From positions 458,673 to 522,672 of the forward strand of contig OW569362.1 of assembly GCA_937625935.1 (NCBI GenBank): a DNA stretch of 64,000 bases, written 5' to 3'. The stretch's first letter is position 1; each line of letters begins with the position of its first letter. This DNA is from Tetramitus jugosus (taxonomy: Eukaryota; Protista; Heterolobosea). Of this stretch, positions 35,855 to 46,797 are shown in pieces. The notes under the pieces are model-generated. The model was not told the origin of the DNA and searched no databases. It saw only the letters and a program-made list of their open reading frames with translations. Both the position numbers and the translations under genes were made by a program.

Positions 35855-38800
35855 CTATACGTTTACGAATTGACTCTGCAGTTGTTGGTCTATCACCACG
35901 GCACTTGTAGACTTCTGGTTGTTGCCCTTTGGAAATGTTAGTATGCCCAAGTTATGGTCAGGTGGTGTTAAGATTGCAGCTTTTGGTGACACACTGTTTT
36001 GTGACTGATAATTCATGAACGAGAGCCAAACTGAGGCGTAATCAACCTTGGAGATGCTGTGAATTATCTTCTGTGCCATCGTTTGCATATCGTTTGGCAA
36101 TCTATGGTCAAGCAGCGGTAACACAAGGTCACAAATCGCATACGCGTGTAGGCATTGTTTGGTACCTCCTGTCGACAAGCGTCTCATAAAAACATTCGAG
36201 GTGTCCTCTGTCAGCGCATGTATGAAGTGCAATAGCGAGACATGCAACTTGTACTCGGGAGTAGTTCGTACGTATGAGTATGGATCACATGTTAATAATT
36301 CTCTTTGGTGTTTTGTTCTCTGGTTGTGTTGTTCGAGAGTGTTCAAGTATTTCAGACATGCCTTGTTGTGGACTATACCTGGGGTGTTGTCTCTTTGGAG
36401 TAATGGATGTGACTGTATTCGAGGCCAAATATCCTCAATGACCTTACCATACATAAAGTCATCGCAGTATTTAATGAGGTGCTCCATGAGATCGAGAACC
36501 TTTTGTTGAACTGGTATTCTCTCAGAATTCGACATGACTCTCGATAAGATGGATGGCCAAATGGAGTGCACCAATGGGAGAGCTTTGTCATCTAAGGTAT
36601 CATCGTTCATGAAAACTCCTAAACTATTCTTCAAAATGTCGATTATATGTATCTGAATATGCATGTCGCTCATCGTAATAAAATTTTTGCACCGACCCAA
36701 TATCTGCTGAACAAGATCGCGTTCCCTCAAAATATAATCTGGATGTTGAATACCATTCTCTTCCTCATAATTATTCTCCATATTGGGGTCCGTTTCATCT
36801 TCAGATTGATAATCGTTTTCATCATCTTCAACTATCGGGCTTATATTAACTGGAGGAGTGTCTTTCATTTCATTCTTTGTTTTGCGGTCATAGCGCTTCT
36901 TACGTTCAACAACTACATGCACCACACTGCTCAGAATTGAGAAGAAGACAGGCATGAAACTATGCGAGTAGGTAGTACTCAAGTGATAGTCATCCAGAGC
37001 TGAAAATATACTGTCCAGCGTATCTTGCATAACTGTAACTATGCTGGTGTCATTCATCTCGTCGTCCGAGATATAACTCTCTCTCAATGCCGCATAGTCA
37101 AACATTGTCCGTAATAAGCGAGGAGTTGAAGGATAAAGATTTAAATACTTCATCCGTTTTCTGATTTCATCAATGATGTAGTCCGAGTTCAGAACAATGA
37201 GGTTCGTAACACGCTGTCGCTGTGTTTGATTATCATACGAGTCTGTTTTTGCTATTCTATCAAGTGTGAGAAGTGCACTATGAACCACATGTTGATAGGG
37301 TCCACCAATATGCTCGAGAATATGAAACAAAGCGCGAAGTAAATATGAATTTCTTGTGGACTGATGCCAGGTTTGCTCGTTAGGATGAACTCGGTTGAGA
37401 ACCTCAAAAAATGTACCCACGCTCTCTAGAAGTAAGCAAGCCAGCAATGCATTATTTTGAGTTAATTCGACAGATACATTGTCCTGTACAATTGCCGTGT
37501 TCCACAACCTTTCATCAAAATAATCCAAAAAGAGTTCATCAATAATATCCATCAGTACATATCTTTCTTCCATACAAGGATCACTGTTTGTTTCAATTTT
37601 CTCTGCGAATCCCATGATAATGTACTCTAAAATCAATACACATTCTTTGTGAAATGATGCAATTATGGAAGAAGGTGGTGCTTTTCGCTCGTTATTGGAG
37701 TATTGGTTGATCAGTTGTCTTAAATGATGTACAAATAGATTAAATGTTTCTATTGTTGAGTACTTTCCAATGTTCCAACAAATAGAAACTGCTGCTCTCA
37801 ATGTACTTTCATCTCTGAAATGCTTCATGATTCTTTTGGGGTAATCGTAAATATCAGCATGAGAATTCGCAGATGAGATGCTTTCTTCGATAATTTTTGA
37901 ATATGTTGTATAATCCAACTCGAATACAATAAATAGAGCATATGAAATCTTCTCTATCATAGAATCTGATGCCTCTAAGATTTTGCGAAGATTGTTATGT
38001 GGTAACACTAATCTAATGTAAGATCCAGCAAGAATAAATACAGCTCTTTTCTCATCTTCGTTCACATTCAACATGCAAGAATTGGGTAATGAATGGATTA
38101 GAGATGAGAATCTCTCCATTATTAGACCTTGAATCCGCGCATCACTAAAGTACATGGATTGCTGATACTGAGAGAACACTTCATTCGCAATATCTGCATA
38201 GCTATTAGCAGGAGCGGATTCATCATTCGCGCTGATCATAATACACTCTATTGTTCTTGGTACACTCATCCATAATGTTTGATCACACTTCTCCAAGATA
38301 AGCTGACACGTTCGTACTAATTCTATTCGCATTTGAGGGGATTTTAAATGAGCGTAGTTCTCTGCACTGAATATGCGCTGAAGAAATGAATCAACATGCT
38401 TTCTCATATTTTGTAGTTTTCTAATTTGATTTGTTATCGTAGTTTTCTCATCAGTATTAGTATTGTTGCTGGTTCTTAGATTCTGGAGCACCAAGTTGTA
38501 TTCTGTTTGATTCATTTGCTCACTAATATGACTATGACGGGATTCATCCTTCTCACTTGTTAGTACTTGCTGATTTCTTTCGTTGGAACACACCAACTCT
38601 AATATCACCCGAAAAGTTTTAAAGCTTTCACATATTACTCCCTGACTTAGTTTTGTACGGTTCGCAGGTCTATTGGATGGTGTAATTCCGTCTTTACTCA
38701 TAGTGATACCAGGCAAAGTGTACAATAATTTAAACAAGGAGCTCACAATACCCGGGAAAACACTCGTTAAAACATCTACATTATTAACAGCTTTCACCAA

Positions 38801-39571
38801 GACAGCAATGGTTATTAGACATTCCTCTCGCAATCGAGTTGACTTCTCATTCATCAGAATGTCAATAATTTTGCTCAAAAATAAGGCGGCAAGTGGTTGT
38901 AGCTGCACGCGTGACAATAATTCGTTTCTCTTTTTCAATATATGCAATTCAACCAAGGAACGAAAACATGATACAAGTATGTGCTTAATTTCTTCTGTCG
39001 AATAAAAGACTGAATTGTTCTCATTGTTACTCGAACTACTATCGTTATTCATCATACTTGCTTGTTCATCTGAATCATATGAAGCATAGACAATAAACAT
39101 GGATTGAAACAATGCCATAAATTTCATCAATTGATCATCATTCAGTGCAATCACCAACTCATCAACACTCTGAAACAACACTTTAAAGCATTCAACAACT
39201 CGTTCTATTATTTTCAATGGTATTCCTCTCGATATCGCAGTACTTGTTGCCTGTGTTGTCGTCACCATCATCATCTTTTTCCGATTCACAAACAACAAAT
39301 AATCCTTTTCACACAACAGGAGCAATGGAAAAGTAATGTATGAAAAGCATTTACAAATGGCAATTCGATCCATTTGATCATGCGACAATTGTTCAATCAG
39401 ATGTGAGAGCTTGTCCAATGCATCAGACAATTGATCACCTGAACTCCCACTGTAGTCATTCACTTGAGAGTACGTGGATATGAGAGTGCATATGGGCTTC
39501 AGTTGAGAGAAGACTTTCTTGATGTGAAATTGATCCTCGGTTTCTTCACTTGTTATTATTTGATCTTGCAT
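35855..39571 (-). CDS. TTI1: TELO2-interacting protein 1 (TTT complex, HEAT repeats)
   Basis: FSQLKPIC, YITFPLL, FPGIVSSL, NSDYIIDEI and LPLVHSIWP are in the order expected for TTI1. Confidence 0.85.
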   Translation of the reverse strand: MQDQIITSEETEDQFHIKKVFSQLKPICTLISTYSQVNDYSGSSGDQLSDALDKLSHLIEQLSHDQMDRIAICKCFSYITFPLLLLCEKDYLLFVNRKKMMMVTTTQATSTAISRGIPLKIIERVVECFKVLFQSVDELVIALNDDQLMKFMALFQSMFIVYASYDSDEQASMMNNDSSSSNNENNSVFYSTEEIKHILVSCFRSLVELHILKKRNELLSRVQLQPLAALFLSKIIDILMNEKSTRLREECLITIAVLVKAVNNVDVLTSVFPGIVSSLFKLLYTLPGITMSKDGITPSNRPANRTKLSQGVICESFKTFRVILELVCSNERNQQVLTSEKDESRHSHISEQMNQTEYNLVLQNLRTSNNTNTDEKTTITNQIRKLQNMRKHVDSFLQRIFSAENYAHLKSPQMRIELVRTCQLILEKCDQTLWMSVPRTIECIMISANDESAPANSYADIANEVFSQYQQSMYFSDARIQGLIMERFSSLIHSLPNSCMLNVNEDEKRAVFILAGSYIRLVLPHNNLRKILEASDSMIEKISYALFIVFELDYTTYSKIIEESISSANSHADIYDYPKRIMKHFRDESTLRAAVSICWNIGKYSTIETFNLFVHHLRQLINQYSNNERKAPPSSIIASFHKECVLILEYIIMGFAEKIETNSDPCMEERYVLMDIIDELFLDYFDERLWNTAIVQDNVSVELTQNNALLACLLLESVGTFFEVLNRVHPNEQTWHQSTRNSYLLRALFHILEHIGGPYQHVVHSALLTLDRIAKTDSYDNQTQRQRVTNLIVLNSDYIIDEIRKRMKYLNLYPSTPRLLRTMFDYAALRESYISDDEMNDTSIVTVMQDTLDSIFSALDDYHLSTTYSHSFMPVFFSILSSVVHVVVERKKRYDRKTKNEMKDTPPVNISPIVEDDENDYQSEDETDPNMENNYEEENGIQHPDYILRERDLVQQILGRCKNFITMSDMHIQIHIIDILKNSLGVFMNDDTLDDKALPLVHSIWPSILSRVMSNSERIPVQQKVLDLMEHLIKYCDDFMYGKVIEDIWPRIQSHPLLQRDNTPGIVHNKACLKYLNTLEQHNQRTKHQRELLTCDPYSYVRTTPEYKLHVSLLHFIHALTEDTSNVFMRRLSTGGTKQCLHAYAICDLVLPLLDHRLPNDMQTMAQKIIHSISKVDYASVWLSFMNYQSQNSVSPKAAILTPPDHNLGILTFPKGNNQKSTSAVVIDQQLQSQFVNV

Positions 39572-39655
39572 TCTTTTTTTTGTTTTGGAGAAACGGCGAA
39601 AAGTTGTTGTTCGAAAACCAGTTTTTTATTTACACAAGGGAACAAATTGTGAGCT

Positions 39656-40780
39656 TTACAAAGAAGTAGCCAACAATTCAGCAACAACTCTCACAATATC
39701 TCCATTCTTTTCCTTCAACAGTTGCAAGTTGAGGTTTCTGTTAGGGAAACCCATTTCTTGCAAGTTTTGTAGTTCATTGGAGTATTGTGCTTCTTCTTGG
39801 ATGGTTAGCTGTGGATACAAGATGGAATCATCTTCTTGATAGATTGGCATTGTTTCTGACTCTTGCACTTCTTCTTCCTCTTCTTCATCAACGAGATCGA
39901 ATGGTTCTGGAGCTTCAACAACTTGTTCTTCTTGTTCTTCCACTTGTTCTGGAACGTGTTGTGCATCATTACTCACAATAACAAAATCTTCTGTGTCAAA
40001 GTCACTCTCTTCGCTCATTTCGTCATTCTGTTCTTCTTCTTCCTCTTGAGAGGATGGAACACTTGATGTGGATTCAGCAGCAGGATTCACCTGTGACATA
40101 ATGAGTGATTCAAATTCTCTCAACATTCCACCAAACATCTCCTGTGCCAAGTGGCTCTCCTCTGATAGTATGTCCAGCATATCATAGAACCATTGTTTCA
40201 TTTCTTGCTTCTTGACTGGATCAGTGATCCAATCTTGAACCTTTCGTGCATTCTCAATCGTTTTGTCCTTTGCTTGTTCGACAAATGGCTGCACACGCTC
40301 ACTTCCCTTCTTGACTTGCTCAATCAATGGTTTCCATGTTTCCTTGTCCATGAGCAGAGCAAAAGGATCCGAAGAAAAAGTGTCTTGCTCATATTCCTCA
40401 TCATGAGATGACTCTTGTGTCTGTGGAGCAGCAGAAATGGTTGGCTTCTTTGGAAGAATTCTACACTTGATTCTCAATAATTGTTCAGCATTGTTACCAT
40501 CAGTCTGACGGTGGTTAATCAGAACAAATCTTCGGAGAGCTTCCTTCCATTCACTCTCATAGCTCACACTGACCCAATCTTCCTCATCGTCCAGATATTG
40601 AATCAAGATAGAACACTCTGATTCGTGTGCCTGGCCATAGAATTGAGAAACAATTCTCTTGAAATCCGAGAGCGTCGTTGTTCTGGAGTCATTCTCATTC
40701 TCTGTGTTAAATTGGATTTGAATTCTTCGAACTTGATCCGTAGGGTTCAAATAAATCTTACTAGCAATAAAAACTGACAT
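39656..40780 (-). CDS. PB1-LIR-UBA selective autophagy receptor (p62/NBR1-like)
   Basis: PB1 OPCA motif IQYLDDEEDWVSV, acidic LIR DTEDFVIV and C-terminal UBA LQNLQEMGFPNRNLNLQLLKEKNGDIVRVVAEL. Confidence 0.85.
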   Translation of the reverse strand: MSVFIASKIYLNPTDQVRRIQIQFNTENENDSRTTTLSDFKRIVSQFYGQAHESECSILIQYLDDEEDWVSVSYESEWKEALRRFVLINHRQTDGNNAEQLLRIKCRILPKKPTISAAPQTQESSHDEEYEQDTFSSDPFALLMDKETWKPLIEQVKKGSERVQPFVEQAKDKTIENARKVQDWITDPVKKQEMKQWFYDMLDILSEESHLAQEMFGGMLREFESLIMSQVNPAAESTSSVPSSQEEEEEQNDEMSEESDFDTEDFVIVSNDAQHVPEQVEEQEEQVVEAPEPFDLVDEEEEEEVQESETMPIYQEDDSILYPQLTIQEEAQYSNELQNLQEMGFPNRNLNLQLLKEKNGDIVRVVAELLATSL

Positions 40781-41016
40781 GTTTTGTGTGAGTCAATTGA
40801 GAGTTGGTTGTTGTGTGTTTGACGTTTTTGTTTCTGCGGTCAGAAAGGGATCAGATGGTTTCAAGTTTTTCTGCAGCTTGAGGCGGAACTCACAGCTATT
40901 TGAAGACAAAATTTCCAGATGCGCATCATGCTCAAAACTTCCAAATTACAAATAGAAGCAAATCCTTCACGGAGAAATGAGGATACAATGGATCAGCATT
41001 TTATTCTCGTAAAAAG

Positions 41017-42297
41017 CTAATCTGACTCTTGCTGGAAATACTCATACTCGTGCTCTTCACTCTGATTATCATAATGGATGACATCCTTCATGGCAATTGG
41101 CTCATTCTCTCGGAGGTACACAACCTTTGGTGCGAACAAGACCTGTGTTTTGGTTTGGGCCAAATTAATTAATGATCTGACAGTCAAGGAAAATAGCACA
41201 GATAAATGATAACATACATTACGGAACACATAGACAACATAGAGTGAAATACTTCCACAAATGAGTGTCGTATAGAGCTTCTTTCGACGATTGATAAATG
41301 CGGCTGGTGGCAGCTTAACTTCTTGCTTTGGTTTGTCATTGCGTAGAGCATATTCACTCGAACGAGACGTCGATGCATTCGTCAGATAAATATTGGCTTC
41401 AGGACCAAAAGCGTCACTAAAGTATTCAGAGCTAACAGTCTCAACAAACGACTCCAAATTAGAGAATTGACTTAACAATTCTCTAGACAATGGACATTTG
41501 AACGAAATATTCTTGAGAGGTGCGAGATAGGCATACACGATCGCATCCAAGGTTGAAGGCCTTGTGCCATAAAAATACTTTTTATCACCCAGAAGAACGC
41601 TTAATGATTCCAAGCACTCCATAGCACTATTTTTCACATTGTCCTCGTTTGACAACCAATCACTGTACCTTTTGCGACTCAACGAAACAAATATCCATTT
41701 CATAATCGAGTTGCTCTATTCATTCACCGGTTTGTCAGCAACACAACAAAAACAATTTAAACACACACATAAATCAGATAAGCACACACACAAAATAAGT
41801 CATACATTTTGAAACCAACCATTCCAAACCAAATTCTGATAATCAGAATAGTCACCCAATCCCCACATTTGCCAAATGTACAGCGGGAACAATTTTTCAC
41901 TCATCAAATTGATAAAAATATCAATTTCGCCCAATATTTGCTGAAGCGAGATACTACTCGTGTCAGGTATACTCAAATGAACATCCAAATTCACTCCATG
42001 CTCCTTCAAGTAATGAAGGCATTGATAAGGACCCATTGCAACTGATTTTTCACGTCTGAACAGTTGGGGACAAGTTGCATGACTCATCATTTTAGGTTGG
42101 AGAAGGCTGTTGGAGTCAATATCGTGAGAAATGGTGCCACAAGACAAACCACAAAATTTCAAGTAGGTGACTACGGAGAGGGAGAATAGATCCATGATAC
42201 GATATGGTAAATTTTGAAATGAAGAGAGCTCGTAGTTCAAGTGACATTGATTAATTGCCAATGACAATCCATGATTGTTGGTGGTGGGGGGTTGCAT
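41017..42297 (-). CDS. Metaxin/Sam37-family GST-like protein (introns 41716-41805 and probably 41143-41217)
   Basis: DLFSLSVVTYLKF and ECLESLSVLLGDKKYFYGTRPSTLDAIVYAYL, a C-terminal TM helix, and phase-0 GTATG..AG introns. Confidence 0.85.
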
Positions 42298-42483
42298 TGT
42301 TGATCGTCGATTTTTGATTCAAAGCAAGCAACGGAAAAACAAATTCTTGCCGCCAAAAATATGTTTAGTTCCCTCTGTTCCTGCGATTCCTCAGTTCAGA
42401 AAGGACATCCATACCTAATGTTTGACATTTGACGCAACGACTGGAGGTTGCGACCAAAGCAAAAAACAACAAACCTAAACAAC

Positions 42484-44274
42484 ATGAGCTACATATTGGA
42501 TCACATTTCAAGTTTTATAAAGTCCAGTCCAACGGGGTCTTCTTTTATGGGATACAATTCAAGCGATGAGGATGGTGAGACGTCATACTCTGACTCCAGG
42601 CGTCACGATCGCCAGGTTCACCCGGATGAGGATGATGAACATTCATCTAACCTCGTTTCATCCTCCAACATTTTGGGTCTTCATCAAGAGTTCAATATAT
42701 CTCATGAGTTGTATGACAGTGACGATGAAGACAACTGTACGAGTAGGGTGTATACGAAACTAGGGTTGATGAGTGATGATCATCTTTGTTCTGGTCGGCA
42801 ACACACGAGTAGACATGTCTCCAGAGCATCCTATCTGAATCAATTGTGTAAATCATCCAATAACTCTATTCATGATAGTATGAAGAAGCGCAAGGACACA
42901 AGAGGACTTTATGGATCTCCAAGCACATTGACAAATAATGATAGTGATGACGATTATGGTGTCTATTCTTTAAGCGACTTGACTGCCCATACCAAGAGCA
43001 ATAGTAATTGTGTGCAAGGCAAGTTGAGTGATTCCAAACGGATTCAGAGTGATGTAGAAGAGGTTGTTAGTTACGAAGAGGTGGAACTCTCCTATTTTAC
43101 AGTTATAGAGCTTTACAATTCCTTTGGTGTTTTATTACAAGAAGATATTTCGAATCAACAGTATAGGCAGTGGTACTCTTCGTACAAGGATGCTCTGAAA
43201 AAGAAAGCAAAGTTGGGAGCCAGCAAGGTAGTGCAAACACCTCCTACACTTGCCAAAAAAATTCAAAGCGCAAAATTTTACAGAAGTGACAATATTATGC
43301 AGGATGAGAAAGATCGTGGCAAATGTGTGGTTGCTTGTCTGGAGCAGCCAACCTCCAACATGAAATCTTTCGATCCTCTGAATGAGTCGAAAAATGCAGC
43401 TCACAACGAACGAGTTGCCTATATCTTACTGTTTGCTGTGTTTCCAGACATTGAAAAGCAGTTGACCATTCAGCAGACAAAACTCCACAAGAAGAGAGTT
43501 AGTATTATGAAAACGATAGCATCCACTGACAAATTTGTCACATCAGTGTGCCGAAGAACTCCATCGGGTAAGGAAGAGGAATTATGTCGCTATGTTTCAA
43601 CCATAGACTGCTTCACTGATGACTTTGTGGGAGACAGGGAAAAAACCGAACCCAAGTTGTTGGTTGGATTGTTTCGATATTGTAGCAAGGATGGTGAATG
43701 GTATTTTAGAGCAACTAATGATTTTGCTCTAACTCCTCCATCGAGTATTGGAGTAACTGTATTTGAGGCGAAAGATATTCAATCAAAAGACAATGATGAC
43801 ACCACGCTTGACGACACTCAGACAACTCCCACACTTCGTTTGGGAGCCTTTAGCAAACCACAAGGGATTGACACATTCTGTATTGTATCATATAACGGAA
43901 ACAAAAATAGGGGCAAAACTGTGCCCAAGAACTCGAATCCTCAATATCAACAGGAGTTCAAGTTTCAACTATCCAATGATATCCATCCAGTTCATATTGA
44001 TATTTTTCAGTCGTTTGCAATCACCAACAATTTGATTGGTGGCGTATCCCTCGATATTTTTGAGTTATTCAACGATAGGAACAAGTATTCAATTGAATTG
44101 AAGACACCAAGAAGAAAGAGAGCTACAACAATGGCATCCAGAAGAGATCAAGGTTCTCTGAGATTGAGTCGTAAGCCAGCATTAGTCCATGAGAAATGGT
44201 ACGATATCGGTTCATCGCAAATCGGCAGTAAGCAAGCAAAAGTTCATGTGAAGCTAACTCTTGAGTGGCTGTAG
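42484..44274 (+). CDS. C2-domain protein with upstream TerD-like domain
   Basis: C2: VTVFEAKDI..DTFCIVSY..KTVPKNSNPQYQQEFKF..IGGVSLDI. TerD-like: EEELCRY..LFRYCSKDGEWYFRA. Confidence 0.75.
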   Translation: MSYILDHISSFIKSSPTGSSFMGYNSSDEDGETSYSDSRRHDRQVHPDEDDEHSSNLVSSSNILGLHQEFNISHELYDSDDEDNCTSRVYTKLGLMSDDHLCSGRQHTSRHVSRASYLNQLCKSSNNSIHDSMKKRKDTRGLYGSPSTLTNNDSDDDYGVYSLSDLTAHTKSNSNCVQGKLSDSKRIQSDVEEVVSYEEVELSYFTVIELYNSFGVLLQEDISNQQYRQWYSSYKDALKKKAKLGASKVVQTPPTLAKKIQSAKFYRSDNIMQDEKDRGKCVVACLEQPTSNMKSFDPLNESKNAAHNERVAYILLFAVFPDIEKQLTIQQTKLHKKRVSIMKTIASTDKFVTSVCRRTPSGKEEELCRYVSTIDCFTDDFVGDREKTEPKLLVGLFRYCSKDGEWYFRATNDFALTPPSSIGVTVFEAKDIQSKDNDDTTLDDTQTTPTLRLGAFSKPQGIDTFCIVSYNGNKNRGKTVPKNSNPQYQQEFKFQLSNDIHPVHIDIFQSFAITNNLIGGVSLDIFELFNDRNKYSIELKTPRRKRATTMASRRDQGSLRLSRKPALVHEKWYDIGSSQIGSKQAKVHVKLTLEWL

Positions 44275-44399
44275 AGCTACAGATTGTGTTTTCTGATCAG
44301 ATAATCTGAAAGAATGAAATTTTATTCTCGACCTAGTACAGTGTATCCAAAGCTTACATTGAAGAGTAGTGATGACTGATCAAAATACTTGATGAGGTA

Positions 44400-45146
44400 T
44401 TACTCCTCTGACAGACTACTTGAGGATCCTCCTTGTGCTTGAGACTGGATCCAGTCTTTGACTCTCTGAGCGACTACTTTTCGAACATTCTTGGATTTGC
44501 TATCGAAGGGACGAGTCTCTTCGGATAAGAACTCAACAATTTGATTACCTCGAACATAAACCAATTCCGGTTCATCAAAGAGCTCGTTGCTGATGGATTC
44601 CAAACTTGCATCTCTTCCCATTTTGATGATATTCTGGATTGATTTGAGCAGTTCACTTGAGATAACTCCCTCACCCTTCAAACTTTTCTCAACATTTTTG
44701 AATTTCAAAATGTTTACAACTTCTTGAGTTTGTAGTACCCTTATTTGCTCAGCTTGTTCACTCAATTTCTTACCTTGCTCACTCAACTTCTCACCTTGTT
44801 CATTCAGTTTCTTACCTTGTTCACTCACTTTCTGGTTAATTTCTCGAAGCAATGAGTGGATATCTTCTTTTGCATAAACCTGAGTGCTCTCCAATTTGAA
44901 AAACTTTGGTGGTGTTTCATCCATGTCGTTCATATAAACCACTTGACTGATTTTTCTTTTTCTTACAATGTCGAAAGAAAGGTCCGATTCTTGAGGTTGG
45001 TGCTGTGCGAGTTGATAGACGTTGATGGTTGGAGGTGCCGTGAAGGGTCTCTCTCCATCTGTCTCCAATACGGTGGAGGGCATCTCTCCAAGAAAATCAA
45101 CTTGGATATCTACGTCAGACTGTGGGGATTCGTTGAGGTTGCTCAT
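44400..45146 (-). CDS. Hypothetical coiled-coil protein with 7-aa (21-nt) tandem repeats
   Basis: 248-aa ORF containing SEQGKKL NEQGEKL SEQGKKL SEQAEQI. Confidence 0.65.
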   Translation of the reverse strand: MSNLNESPQSDVDIQVDFLGEMPSTVLETDGERPFTAPPTINVYQLAQHQPQESDLSFDIVRKRKISQVVYMNDMDETPPKFFKLESTQVYAKEDIHSLLREINQKVSEQGKKLNEQGEKLSEQGKKLSEQAEQIRVLQTQEVVNILKFKNVEKSLKGEGVISSELLKSIQNIIKMGRDASLESISNELFDEPELVYVRGNQIVEFLSEETRPFDSKSKNVRKVVAQRVKDWIQSQAQGGSSSSLSEE

Positions 45147-45404
45147 TTTATTGTTTTTTGTTTTCAGTTGTTCACCTAAATTTTATCAAATCGTAAAACC
45201 AGCCATTCATCGGAATCCCTGGCGGGAAGAGCTGGCGGTGGGAAGAACTGCTACAGGTGAACGCTTCATTGATTACGTAACTACTCGGTACGAGATTAAC
45301 AGTACTTGACCACGGGCAGGGATAAAACGAATTCATAAAAGATTATCTTTCAAGTTGTTCAAGAACTTTGCAAAATTGTTGTTCACAATCAAGGGTTTTA
45401 TGCA

Positions 45405-46313
45405 TTACAAGGTGTTTAAGAACTTTGCGAAGCCTCTGTATGAGTTGGCACCCATGGATCCATCAATTGGGCCGCTATAGCCAAATCTCTGGGCAGCGAC
45501 TTGCATTGCTTTGTATGTATTTGCACCTGGTGCACCATCATCTGGACCTGTATATCCAAATTGTCTCAATCCTCTCTGGACACCAGCCCAAGAGTTCTTT
45601 CCCATTTGACCATCAAGAGGTCCAGTATATCCATTCTTGCTGGCAAACAATTGCAGACGTCTATAATAGATATTTCCGGGAACTCCATCCACAGCAGTCG
45701 ATGTATGAGGTACAGGACCTGATGGAGGAGTTGGACCAGGAGGACGAGGACCTGGACGACGAACATCAGCAATCTCTGATCCAACATAATCATAGGACCA
45801 ACCGAGATAACGAGCACCAGTTCTGCTTGTGTAGTCATCAACTGGAGTGACACCAATAGCATCTCCCCATGATTCTCTCACATTACGAGAAGCCATCAAA
45901 GCCCAACCTCTATCAGTTGCCATAGCAACATGTCCATATTGACCAATGTCCCACCAATGGAAAGCACCAGGTGGAGCAGCATTGACATCTCTTGAAACAA
46001 TTGTACTGGCACGATAAGCAATAATAGCACTCTCACGAACAGATCTATCAGGTAAGTTTCCAGCACGAACCATCAAAGATGCACACCATTGATTCCATGA
46101 ACCACCATCACGTTTTGGATGAGTTCTTGCATACTGAAGTGCTTGAGCATATGTATTGGTTGAACCTTGACTGTCAGAGAGATCACTGTATGTCTCTTTG
46201 ACCAGTTTATGCAACACACGCTTCATTGCCTTCTCATCTTGTCTGGACCACTTTGCGGCGACCAAAGTTGATAGAATGAGCACAAGAGCCACACAAAGAA
46301 CGATTACTTTCAT
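45405..46313 (-). CDS. Secreted CHAP/NlpC-P60-like cell-wall hydrolase with peptidoglycan-binding repeats
   Basis: Signal peptide MKVIVLCVALVLILSTLVAA. WNQWCASLM (Cys) and GQYGHVAMA (His). A Pro-rich linker leads to repeated GY(T/S)GP(L/D/I)DG.xGxN(S/T) modules. Confidence 0.85.
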   Translation of the reverse strand: MKVIVLCVALVLILSTLVAAKWSRQDEKAMKRVLHKLVKETYSDLSDSQGSTNTYAQALQYARTHPKRDGGSWNQWCASLMVRAGNLPDRSVRESAIIAYRASTIVSRDVNAAPPGAFHWWDIGQYGHVAMATDRGWALMASRNVRESWGDAIGVTPVDDYTSRTGARYLGWSYDYVGSEIADVRRPGPRPPGPTPPSGPVPHTSTAVDGVPGNIYYRRLQLFASKNGYTGPLDGQMGKNSWAGVQRGLRQFGYTGPDDGAPGANTYKAMQVAAQRFGYSGPIDGSMGANSYRGFAKFLNTL

Positions 46314-46797
46314 TATTTTTTTCGGATGATGATGGACAAACAACAAACTCGTCAAACTCCACATCAAATTTATCGGCATCACAAAATGAAGTTCCATTCT
46401 CATTTTTCAGTGCGACATCCCTTATCATCGGGTCGGACTCTCCTTTCGGTTTTTCGCGAGCTAAAAACTCTGTTACGGGTGAAATGTGGAAGGGAGGGAT
46501 CTCAATAGCTCAATGACGCGGTTACAGAATTATTGAACTGGAAGGTAGGTGGACATCAGCACAATGGATGTGAATACAATTGGTGAGCTGTGAGGTGAAT
46601 TGAGCTTGTGTGTTAGGGCAGGTTGTGGAATCAAAGAATATGAAGGTTTATGGAAGTGCAAGCTTCAATTTGGTTGCTTGATGGCTGTATCAAACTCAAG
46701 AGTCAAAACAATGAAGCTCTTTGTCATGTCATGCACATCGACTTGATACTTAGCTCCGGATGTCCATCAACATCGTCGTTCTTCAGTGTTTGATTAA

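Noticed and set aside
46314-46403. ORF-track N-terminal extension of the cell-wall hydrolase
   Set aside because: ATG 46313 follows an A-rich context and starts a clean signal peptide.
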